64,000 nt of DNA, taken from assembly GCA_040954595.2 (NCBI GenBank), contig CM082579.2:9971625-10035624 (forward strand), in the 5' to 3' direction. The stretch's first letter is position 1. Every line of letters begins with the position of its first letter. The position numbers were made by a program, and so were the translations under genes. Under the pieces are notes generated by a model. The model was given only the letters and a program-made list of their open reading frames with translations, ran no database searches and had not been told where the DNA came from. Positions 1 through 11,000 of this stretch are shown one piece after another. Source of the DNA: Balanoglossus misakiensis (Eukaryota; Animalia; Hemichordata).

Positions 1-3000
1 ATCCCACGCTCTGTAGGACACTTCGGTAGGCTGTCCCCAGTTGAAGTCCGATCCGGGTTGGCGACTGCCATAGACAGTCACATCTCCGGAATTGTCTTCG
101 AAAACGGGCAGTTCCCAGATGACGTTGGCAGAACTTTGAACTTCAATATCGGGTGGACAGGAGATCACTTGCGGCGGTTCAATATCTGGTGATTAGAAAT
201 GTAGTGAAGTTATAAATTGAAATGAAATGGCATTTTGTTATAACGATGATGCAGTTTTGTTTTACCTGTTTGTATCTTCAATTTAGAATCATGCCCCTGA
301 ATGTTGGAACAAAGTTGACAATTTGAAGTTAAGCTTATATTATCTTTTTCATTCGCTATTGCTTGGTATTTGAATATTATGTTCATGTATTTCAAAAAAT
401 TCTTGCTGTTTATCCGTCACTATACATGTAACGTTTCGATTTTCATTGTGATTGCTGACCAAGTTATACACGCGTGTAATATCACAAACCATTTTAAATT
501 AGGATAAGTAGCTAATCAGATACGATATACACAAACCTGTCTATAATTTTGGGGTCGTTTTTCTTGGGCCATCCCAAGAAAAAGGGGTCTTATGGTCATA
601 AGTATCGCGCTCCCATAAGACGCCTTTCTGCTTGCGATGGCCCATCTATAAAACGTGAATGCAATTCTTGGTATTGCTTTTAGCGATTATGTGATTTTCT
701 AGCCGATGGAATACGTACACAAAAGTACCTTTCCCCAGTTCATAGAAAGACGACGTACCTTCGACTGTTACCAAAAATGTGCATGTACTTGTTAAAAGTG
801 CGTCATCCGTTGCCGTGTACGTCACTTCCGTGCTGCCAATTTTGAACAAATATGGCGGTTCTGTGTGCAGCGGATGAACTGATATGGTTGGTTGGACACC
901 AGTGTTGTCGGTCGCAGTCGGCACTTCCCACGACACATTCGCAGTCGCTTTGTGGAAATCGTTCTGGGCAACTATGTCTGCTGGACACTGGTGGAGCTCT
1001 GGTGGGTCAATATCTAAAGAGAAATTTTGAAGTATCAAGCCGCGTGGTAGGCCCTTTAGAATTTCATTACAACATCAACACAGGCAATCGATCACCGTAG
1101 CTAGAGCTTCAAAGAAGTTGGAGTCGATCGTGATATATAGTTCTTGATGAACCCAGACCAGGAATCTAATTTCAAAATGTCATGAATTACATGTAAGAAG
1201 GCCGTGATTGCATTGTTTTAAAAAAGAACACATTTTGATCCTACATTTTGTTGTTGCTTTCAGATTATAGCCCGTGGTGCATGTGAATCTGCGCGATGCT
1301 GATGAGAATTTTTTGTCAAAGTATAGTTAGTAGATGCATTCTCGACTGTTTGCTTTTGATTTATAAGCTTTCTATAATCTGCTGACCTGTTTCCGTTACC
1401 AGGAACTAAATTTTATTTTGCATTTTGGTAAAAGCAGTTTATCACACCACGAGTCGGTATACTGAATAAAGCACGTCATACCTTGGCACCATCTCAAAGA
1501 ATCTACGCCTCCCCACTGCTCAGTTTCTAGGCATTCTAAGACACCATTTCCCCACAGTTCGTAGCCTTCTTTACATTCGTAAACACACTTCGACTGGTAC
1601 GGCATGCGAGTGGTTTCACAAGATGACGGGCGCACGTCGAAGAGTTTGTGATCATCGAGTGGCGGACATGTTTTGACTGAAATAAATTAAGTATGTATAC
1701 TTATACAGTATTACTACGTTTACTCATTTGCGGACATATAGAATGTAGCTTTCAATTAAGCATAATGCAACGATTAAAATTAGCTTTTTTCCCAATGGAT
1801 TTATAATTATCGTCTGAGGTGTACCAATGTCAAGAAAATACCATGAATGAATGCAGAAGTACGTTACCCTCGCATTTTGGTTCTGTACCAGTCCAACTTT
1901 CGACTCCATTGACCATTTCACATCGCACATCCGCTGAGCCGACTAAATCATAACCTCTGTCACAGGTAAATGTGCAAGTTGTTCCGATAGAGTTGTCCTG
2001 TGAATCACACATCTTGTTACCGTTCGATGGGGGAGACAGGGCGTTACATGTAATTTCTGCGAAATTTAGAAGTGCCACATAAAAATCAACTAGTGTTATA
2101 AACCATAGTATATGCTGCTGTCATGTAATATACCTTTCAATGAAACCGATATATCCTTGAAGTCTACTGCGTCGTATAAATGAATTCATTACAGGTATAA
2201 TGCTTGTTTTTTTCGACAACAGATCGTCATACGTTGTCGGACGTACAAGTGTTCAATTGTTTTGTGATTCGGAGATTTGTCGTTTATCCATTGACAGTAG
2301 ATCGAGATGATTCCTTTTGTTCATAACTATTTTATATAACTGTCTGTTACATTTCGTATCTATGATTGTGTTTGGGTCAATTTGACATGTTACAAAATGT
2401 CATCAATGCAAACTTACCGGTGCATAAGAAAGGGTGGCCTGACCAATGACCTCTCTTAAGACATGTCCGCACTGGGGTGCCGCCTCTGGTAGGACGATAG
2501 TGAGTTTTGCACTTGAACTTGCATTTCCCCTTGTATGTATTGACACATTCTAAGAGAAGGCCTCCAGGGGGCGCGCTTAATACTGGACATCGTATTACTG
2601 AAATTCAAAATTGCATCAAATTGTCGTTTATTTTTTTCTGAATTAATTTATTTGGAATATCTCACGAATGAATACCTACAATATGACATATGTGATACAC
2701 GCAGAATGCAGGTACTCCGTTGAAATCTAAAGCCATTTACGCATTCTTCAAAATATTCCTTTTGGCTGAGGAGATACATTTAATAGCCTGCGAATCAATG
2801 TACTGGAAGAGTCGAAGAAATATTCATATACACACCAAAGAATGGCGAAATGACTACACCTAACCAGCGATAAATACCGGTGTATTAATGATTTAAGCAA
2901 CCATTTCCTAAACAACTCACTTGTGCAATCGCGTCCCGAGGCTGGATCTCCGTTGTAGCCGGTTTTACAGTGACACTGCGCGACTGATGTACTTCCGGTG

Positions 3001-5828
3001 TCAACGGTGTCGGAATTCGGCGGACATGGTGTACAGTCGAGATAGCCAGGCTTCGCCTTGTAGGTCCCACGAGGGCAAACTGTAACATGGAAGTAACGCA
3101 CACACGCCTACAGTACCTGACATGACGTGCTGTTTGGTCACATAGCAAAGTCTGCAGTGTACTAATACTATGCGCCGTCGAGTTGTTGGTTGCCAGTCTT
3201 TCGCTGTACCAATCAATGTGATCAATGTGAAATATAGGTTCGCACGTGGGCATGGTATACCCGCATTTACATAGTGCAAAGTACATGTAGTTACCAGTAA
3301 ATACCACGTAATAGCTATCTGGACGTTTACCAAGCAGACAACGAAATCAGTCCATGGCCCATCGAGCTACTCTAGATTTTACTACATGAACTACCGTCAC
3401 GTTTTTTGTCGATCAATTCAAGCACAATTCATGGGACGAATCAGCAAGTTTAAATTCACAAACCGAGCGATCCGGAAACATATGCGCTCAAGAGTAATTC
3501 ACAGCAAAGCAATGAAAACTACAAAAGTACTGTTAGTGTTGTCTTGACAATCCAAAGACGATCGTCTTTGAATTGAATCGACGCATCACTCAACTCAATG
3601 GGCATAGTAATATCTTTTTAATGTTCCCAACATACACATATTATTCTCTAAAGGTCCAGTATATAACTGGGGCCTATGCCTTGACGCCATACCTGTGCAT
3701 TGTCCTTGGAAACCTTGACCACTGTAGCCCGCCGGACATGCGCACTGATGTATACCACTACGCGTACCACAAGAACAGCTCGCCGCAGCATCACAGCAGT
3801 CATAACCAGCTGTACACAAGGAATTGCAAGAACTGGCACTCACCGATAAATCCCACGTGGTCTCCTGCACATCTACAATTGGAGAAAATGCACCACAATT
3901 AGTGCGCCTCGAAAGTCTAAAGTTTCCCATTTAGTGAGGGGACTTTACCTTGTGTTCACTTGAAATGGATAAACAAATGAATGAATGAATGAATGAATGA
4001 ATGAATGAATGAACATATTTTTCGTATCTATCTTTATACGCTGGGTGATTTCCACAAAGTTGGATAATTCAGCAATTCTAAACACATTTTCGTGAGTCAT
4101 CCTCATCAACATTTCCTATTATGACTGCAGATGATCTCGATGCCACTGTTCCGAATACTTTCTGCGGGGCTCACATTTTGGAATGAGAGAACCAAATTAG
4201 TCATTAGGATTTTGTATGTAAACAAGACAGTGAACACCCGTTTTTCTGTATTGCCTTCAGAATGTCTGTTTTATAAGATTTATTATTTCCTGTGCCATTG
4301 AGGCGACAGCGGGTTCTGGCAAAATAACGGTCTCGGATACAACTTTCTTCAGATGAACCTATATAAAGAACTCCTTTATAATGGCAAAATAACAATGAAA
4401 TCGGGGTTAACACTTTAAAACATTAGACCAGGTACGGGCCAATCAAAATGTTTCTTGTCTATAGAGCGTGGATGTTTTCTGAGATTATGTTTTTCGGAAG
4501 AAAAAATGTTGAGTAGATTTTAACCACATTCAATTAAAACTTATTTTTATAGGATTATTCTTATTTCTTAATCGCTCACTGGTATGGGAAATAGAAAATA
4601 GAGTACATTTTATTTTCGGAAAGACATTTCAACATACTATAAAATTACCCAATAATTCTATATTGACATTTCACAACGGGTATTTCGTTTTAGCCGCAAT
4701 TTGTCACGGATTCAAAAGACAACGAAAACATTTTCCAATTTACGCAAACGAAGAACTTTTAGTTATTTTCTTTCAAAAGAAACCTAAAAATTAAAGAAAT
4801 GTGTTGTCATTTTAACATACTTTCGGGGGAAAATAAAACTACTACTTGAATTGAATGAACACGTGTTTCGCACCTATCTTTATACGCTGGGTAAATTCCA
4901 CAAAGTTGGATAATTCGGCAAGTCTAAACACATTTTCGTGAGTGGCTATGGCGTTAAGTTCGTCTTCATTGATGCTTCCAACGCCGACTGCGATGATCTC
5001 GATGCCGCTGTTACGAATGCCTTCAGCGACTGGTATGGGATCTCCTTCATTGGACCCTCCATCCGTTAGCAAAACAACCAACCTGAGTTAAGAAGTAGAA
5101 ACATATCATGTATATAAATTCCTTTCAATCATTTATAAATGTTAAATCTAAATAACCTGGCATCAGTTATCACATGGTATTGTTAGTACGTCGAGATCAT
5201 TGAAGTTTTACGGTGATGTATTGCAGTTCTTGTACAATATATGTTCTGGTCAATTCTGTTTTGTTCTATGTTACCGCATGCCGTACATGATGCCATCTAT
5301 AACGGGTAATGATGTACGTATATGGTTTTATGAATTATAATATAGACTATACCTTTTGGCTGACGGTCGGGCCTGTTGTAAAACGGCTTGCGCTTCCCCG
5401 AGAGCTCCCCTTGTATCAGTCATGCCGCCGGTGTACACAATTTGTTTGAGTTCATTCAATAATGTACACTTGTTTTTACCAAAAGGGTCTCTCATGTAGT
5501 CGATATGGCGGACTATCTTTCCAGGATCCGAAAAGGTGACCACAGCCACGCGGATTTCTTCTTGTGATACGCTGAAGATTGTGGAGGCATGCTGGATGAA
5601 ATCGATTTCGAAATGAAAGTTGTCTGCCCCGACACTGCCTGAATCGTCAACCAGGAACACAACATCGCTTATAGTGGCCTGGTAGCTTTCCAATTTAGCC
5701 AATAATCGTCTGCCTTCTTTGTCGAGCTCCGTTTCTTCTTGAGCCGTTGCAAATGTGAAAATGATCGCGACCAATACCAACGACTTAGTAACACCAGTCA
5801 TCTTGAGTTTCGTTGCCAGACTCGTCAT
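1..5828 (-). CDS. SVEP1: Gene A: SVEP1/polydom-like secreted protein (signal peptide, VWA, Cys-rich/EGF-like, ephrin-receptor-like repeat, 3 CCP/sushi, 2 HYR); 3' end runs off the window
   Basis: Exons (minus, all GT-AG, frame-continuous): 5353-5828, 4874-5082, 3693-3872, 2921-3079, 2418-2597, 1868-2056, 1482-1676, 759-1013, <1-185. Hydrophobic leader SLVLVAIIFTFATA (start at 5828 or 5801). VWA has an intact MIDAS (DVVFLVDDSGSV...GGMT...VLLTDG). Then CCDAAASCSCGTRSG..C.C..GY.G.G and CPRGTYK..C..CP...C.C..GY, three sushi modules and two HYR modules (DIDPP...CP..W..P.ATDN). Module order matches the known N-terminus of SVEP1. Strict orthology is not established from this partial gene. Confidence 0.88.
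3976..4013. repeat. (ATGA)n microsatellite
   Basis: Direct reading. Confidence 0.9.
4028..4167 (-). pseudogene. Decayed intronic duplicate of gene A exon 2 (VWA C-terminal part)
   Basis: CTATCTTTATACGCTGGGTGATTTCCACAAAGTTGGATAATTCAGCAATTCTAAACACATTTTCGTGAGT...ATGATCTCGATGCCACTGTT aligns to 4874-5030. The splice donor is lost (ATAG|AT instead of ATAG|GT) and there are indels. Confidence 0.8.
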
Positions 5829-5983
5829 CTGTGCTGGGGTCTATCAACCTCTACCGGTCTGCGATCATACCTGCCTCACAAGAGTCGAGGACACTGTGTC
5901 TTTACTCTGCACTCCTCACGCTGTCTGGGATAAACATGAATTCTGCATTGGGTAATATTTTTTATTTTAATAACAGTATGGGC

Positions 5984-6013
5984 GGGGTTTCCCGACTAAT
6001 TTTCTTCCCGGAA
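5984..6013. promoter_or_regulatory. Adjacent NF-kB-like (GGGGTTTCCC) and STAT/GAS (TTCCCGGAA) motifs upstream of gene A
   Basis: 5984-5993 and 6005-6013, 155-185 bp upstream of the ATG; motif match only. Confidence 0.4.
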
Positions 6014-6384
6014 GAGCTGTCGTGATGAGAAAAAATGGATGGTGGTGGTGGTAATCGTTTCCATTTTATAGTGATAACCGATGTACCAAAAAACAAGGGC
6101 TGTCTAGTTGTTTTAGACAGCGAGGTCACTATAATAATTAAGTTTAACAGGCTCGTTATCATACCTCTTTAAGTTCTGTGTTATTGCGAGTTTTAAACAT
6201 CATTAAGGCAATGTTCACTCGGATTAATTTATGATGAAACACAAGCTGAACGATGCCGATGACGTACAACAACGACATTGCGATATTCCATTTTTTCAAC
6301 TTTGAGAAGGATGTTTCAGACGGAAATATTTTTTAACACTTTCCAGCTTTGATTTATGGATACCCTTTGCATTAAATCAGAATG

Positions 6385-6712
6385 GAATATTATAGATAGC
6401 CACAACCGACAAAAGTTGACGTTATCTTCACCTTCGCTTCGTGCATGACTCTCGTAAATATTAACAAATCGGGAAGTTTCAGTAAACAAAGAACACTCTC
6501 AGTCTCTGACTAATTTGATATGATACCAATAATAACGTAATCCAGGCCACGGAAAATTAATTTTATTTCCCCTTTCCTGTGCGTCTGTTTGGAAGTAGAT
6601 ATTGTTAAAATATAGCCTAAGTAGACAAAACTGCTGAAAAACCTACAAAGGTTGACGTTATCTGTACCTTCGCGCCGTGCATGACTGTCATAATTTTAAC
6701 AGATAGGGAAGT
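6385..6712. repeat. ~70-100 bp diverged direct repeat upstream of gene A
   Basis: ACAAAAGTTGACGTTATCTTCACCTTCGCTTCGTGCATGACT...GGGAAGT (6409-6477) vs ACAAAGGTTGACGTTATCTGTACCTTCGCGCCGTGCATGACT...GGGAAGT (6645-6712). Confidence 0.75.
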
Positions 6713-7933
6713 GTAAATGGATAGTGTCCAAATTTATTCGTTTTTTTCTTTCCTGAACATTGAGTCTTATCTGCATTAACACGAAACAAAAGTAATTTCG
6801 ACACTCAAGCCTTGTATTTATTCCTGTCGTCTAATGTTGAGTTTACTTTAAACACGCCACGAGGAAAAGGGAAATAAATGGAAATAAAAATATAACTCGT
6901 TATGCCTGAATTAATTTTCCAGAATCAATGTGTCCAGTTTCACTCCACACCTTTTATATAATTACTCAACCTTGAATTGTTATGTGTTTTAAGATATTTA
7001 ACTATTTATATTTAGTAGCGTCTCGTAGTACTACGGCGATGCGATGGAGATACGGAATAACTGCCTTAATTCCAGACTGTTACAGGTCTTTACGATACCT
7101 CAGTGCAAAGTACATGTGTAGGCCTAGTGTTGATGTCCACGTACAAACGACAGACGTCGGCGTCCTCTCACTCTGCTGGGGGGGGGGGGGGGCTTATGAC
7201 TATATCAGAAATTAATTTTTGACTTTACTCATTGATTATCGACACTTGCACTGATCATAACATGCAACAGAACAAAATCTGGTATATTTTTTATTATAAT
7301 TGTTGCCTTTATTTCTTTATTCATTTAATAACATGCCGTACAAGTTCCGTCTCCATAGACCTGTCCACATAATTCCAGCATCAAGCCTAACCATGCTATT
7401 AGCGGCACAACCAGGAAATGTTGGCCTCAAGTCTAGTTTACTGAAGATGACGTCATGTGAAACTAAGAATGGATTCAAGTACATGTATGACCATCATCAC
7501 AAACCATAACATTTTGTCAATCTTGTTGAACATTTCTCAAAATATTGCTAGAAAATGAATTCTCTTTATTTCAACGTTTGTGAATACAACAGTTATAGTG
7601 AACACTTATAAATTGAACTCAATGTACAGTAGATATTATAAACTTTCTATTTCATTGGTATTATGATCACATATATCAAGCAAATTATCATTACTGAATT
7701 TATCGACTAGACTCTAGATCTTAAAGAAAATGCGTGTCTTCCGCCTGCCATGTTATATATAAAAGGACATTTCTGTCACATGTCCAAGACATGCCGAAAA
7801 TGTGTGACCAGGATTCATATCTCTAGATGAATATATTCGAAACAAAAGGCCAGACTATACTAAAAAGTATACCTTAAACATTATCTATTTTAATATGAAA
7901 AGGTACAGGTTACTAAGTAACACATTTATGGCG

Positions 7934-7939
7934 TTTATT
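7934..7939 (-). terminator. Putative polyadenylation signal (AATAAA) of gene B
   Basis: TTTATT on + strand ~60 nt downstream of the predicted TAG at 8001-8003. Confidence 0.5.
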
Positions 7940-8000
7940 AAGCATCACCGTTGACATAAATCGTGTCCGTTTTCTCCTTATGGTACAGTTACTGTACAGA

Positions 8001-11000
8001 CTATTGACCAGATGACGGCTCACTGGTAGTATATCCTGATTCGTCCACGATGTTACCTTGGAGATCGGTAGCTGTGCGAAATAAGGCATGGATTACATTT
8101 AAACAGTCACTTTTATCATGTGTGCAGACAACTTGGAGGAGTCGGGATTTTTCCTGTTTGGTATGAAAATTTTGTAGACGATTCTGGTCGAAGGTAGTGT
8201 TTACGTTTCCTTTGCCCAACGTTGGCAAAGGTGAATCTTACGGTGGCCGAAACCGACACTCCTCTGCTCTGCTATGCTAAGTCGGCCTCCTCTGCTATGC
8301 TAATTCCTCCTCTGCTATGCTAAGTCCTGCGATGCTATGCTAATTCCTGCGATGCTAACTGAATCCGATCTGCTGCCGACCTCCTCTGCTATGCTATGTC
8401 GATCTGCGATGCTATGCTAAGTCCTGCGATGCTATGCTAATTCCTGCGATGCTAACTGAATCCGATCTGCTGCCGACCTCCTCTGCTATGCTATGTCGAT
8501 CTGCGATGCTATGCTAAGTCCTGCGATGCTAACTTAACCGGAAGTACTGGCGTACATTTTTACGAACAAACATACGCTCGTCTCACATGCGGCCGGACTT
8601 GCTGTTTGGCGACTGATTTGGGCGAGCGGAGAAAGCATTAAGTGATAATAGAAATAATATATGAATATCTTATCCATAAAATTTGTTTCGAAGATACGGA
8701 TTTTGTAGGCGGCGACAACGTCTGCAATTAGAGGCGATCGTTTCCCCACTTTCCAATCCTAGAAATCAAGACTTCATTTGCGGTCCTACTAATTACTGCC
8801 TGTAGCTGCCCGTCATTTTCTGTGGAAATTGGCTGATCAGTTTAGCCCAATATGATGTAATAAATATCGTGAATGATTTTTCAAGGAGTCTTTTTTCTTA
8901 GACTGACTATTGGCTAAACGTTATATTTAGAGGTTAAACGGCTGCCAGAGGGTATTTGGGTGCAGGACCTCTCATGTGAAAATTAGTTTCCCCATAGCAT
9001 ATTTGGCGGGAAATAATCACCGAGCGAAGTGTTATAGAATTTCTAAAGTCGCACGACTTTATCCATGTTATCCCACATCCAGTAACTTGAATAAAGTGTG
9101 TTCTCTTGTATGTGTTCCATTTCTAAATTATTCACTGTTCTTGGTCCATTTTTTTTGCGAGAATATAAACCCTGGCTCTTGCCAATCAGCAAGCAGGATT
9201 CACACCAAGCATATTATAATAAAGTCATGAAACTAATGGATCCCTCTGTTTCTGTGACTTGTAAGCTGTCTTTTGTCTTTATTCATCTCCCAACAGTAAA
9301 ATGTATGCTAATTTTCACATGAGAGGTCCTGCACCCAAATACCCTCTGGCAGCCGTTTAACCTCTAAATATAACGTTTAGCCAATAGTCAGTCTAAGAAA
9401 AAAGACTCCTTGAAAAATCATTCACGATATTTATTACATCATATTGGGCTAAACTGATCAGCCAATTTCCACAGAAAATGACGGGCAGCTACAGGCAGTA
9501 ATTAGTAGGACCGCAAATGAAGTCTTGATTTCTAGGATTGGAAAGTGGGGAAACGATCGCCTCTAATTGCAGACGTTGTCGCCGCCTACAAAATCCGTAT
9601 CTTCGAAACAAATTTTATGGATAAGATATTCATATATTATTTCTATTATCACTTAATGCTTTCTCCGCTCGCCCAAATCAGTCGCCAAACAGCAAGTCCG
9701 GCCGCATGTGAGACGAGCGTATGTTTGTTCGTAAAAATGTACTCCAGTACTTCCGGTTAAGTTAGCATCGCAGGACTTAGCATAGCATCGCAGATCGACA
9801 TAGCATAGCAGAGGAGGTCGACAGCTGATCAGATTCAGTTAGCATCGCAGGACTTAGCATAGCATCGCAGATCGACATAGCATAGCAGAGGAGGTCGGCA
9901 GCAGATCGGATTCAGTTAGCATCGCAGGAATTAGCATAGCATCGCAGGACTTAGCATAGCATCGCAGATCGACATAGCATAGCAGAGGAGGTCGGCAGCA
10001 GATCGGATTCAGTTAGCATCGCAGGAATTAGCATAGCATCGCAGGACTTAGCATAGCAGAGGAGGAATTAGCATAGCAGAGGAGGACTTAGCATAGCAGA
10101 GGAGGCCGACTTAGCATAGCAGAGGAGGTCGACTTAGCATAGCAGAGGAGTGTCGGTTTCGGCTACCGTAGAATCTACTACAGGGAACATTTATCTTAAA
10201 AGTTGCATCTAAAATGTTTCGATAACTTCCGGTCCTAGTGTAAGAAAGCTGACAAAACTGGTCCTCGTCATACTTGGGTGTTCAAAAAACCACAAGACTG
10301 AGCTCAATCACCTCTAATTTTTGTACGAATCACTATAAGTAACACAACTGTCAAAATAATGGTAAATGGGTGTTTCCTAGCCTCATAATGACCATAAGGT
10401 CTGATTGGTTAGATCTGAACGTTCCATGATAATCGTAGATAATGTTACATTAAGTGACTGTGTTATCTTTCACACTATTCTAAATGTTATCATGGGTATT
10501 ATTCAGCATGGTCTGCCTCAGAGTGGAGTTGCCCTTTATTTTACTTGAGGGTGGGGAAAAACAATTGCTTACCTGTACAATCACTTTGACTTTTGCTGCC
10601 GGTGGTGGCAGTAGATCGCCCACTTGGACATTGACGACAACCAGTCTGACCAAATTCATCCTGGTATGAACCAACAGGACAGTCTGTACACACATTAATG
10701 TCACCGACAAAGAACATTCCACGTGGACACTTCACTGAAATGGACAAACATTAGAAATCGCAGTTTATGATCGCTTCGTGGTCAATTGTATAGTGAGTTT
10801 ATTTGCGCGGGTGACAACATCTGCATGACAACAAATGTAAACACAGTACTACAATATCGCTGATGGAAAATGGCCAGCATATATTAATTACAGGTCAACA
10901 CAATCCAACTTCCCAAATGATACCTGATCTTTAATAATTCATGCATTTATCTGGGTTTTATATTATAGTCTTATTTCTGGCAACCAAGATATAACTAATG

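Noticed and set aside
8255-8535. Short regularly repeated units resembling a CRISPR array
   Set aside because: No unique spacers, eukaryotic context and no cas genes. These are subterminal tandem repeats of the transposon.
8534-9760. Twin 71-aa ORFs ([12 protein letters not shown]...) on opposite strands
   Set aside because: They are mirror images produced by the inverted arms of the foldback element, start at GTG and show no recognisable domain.
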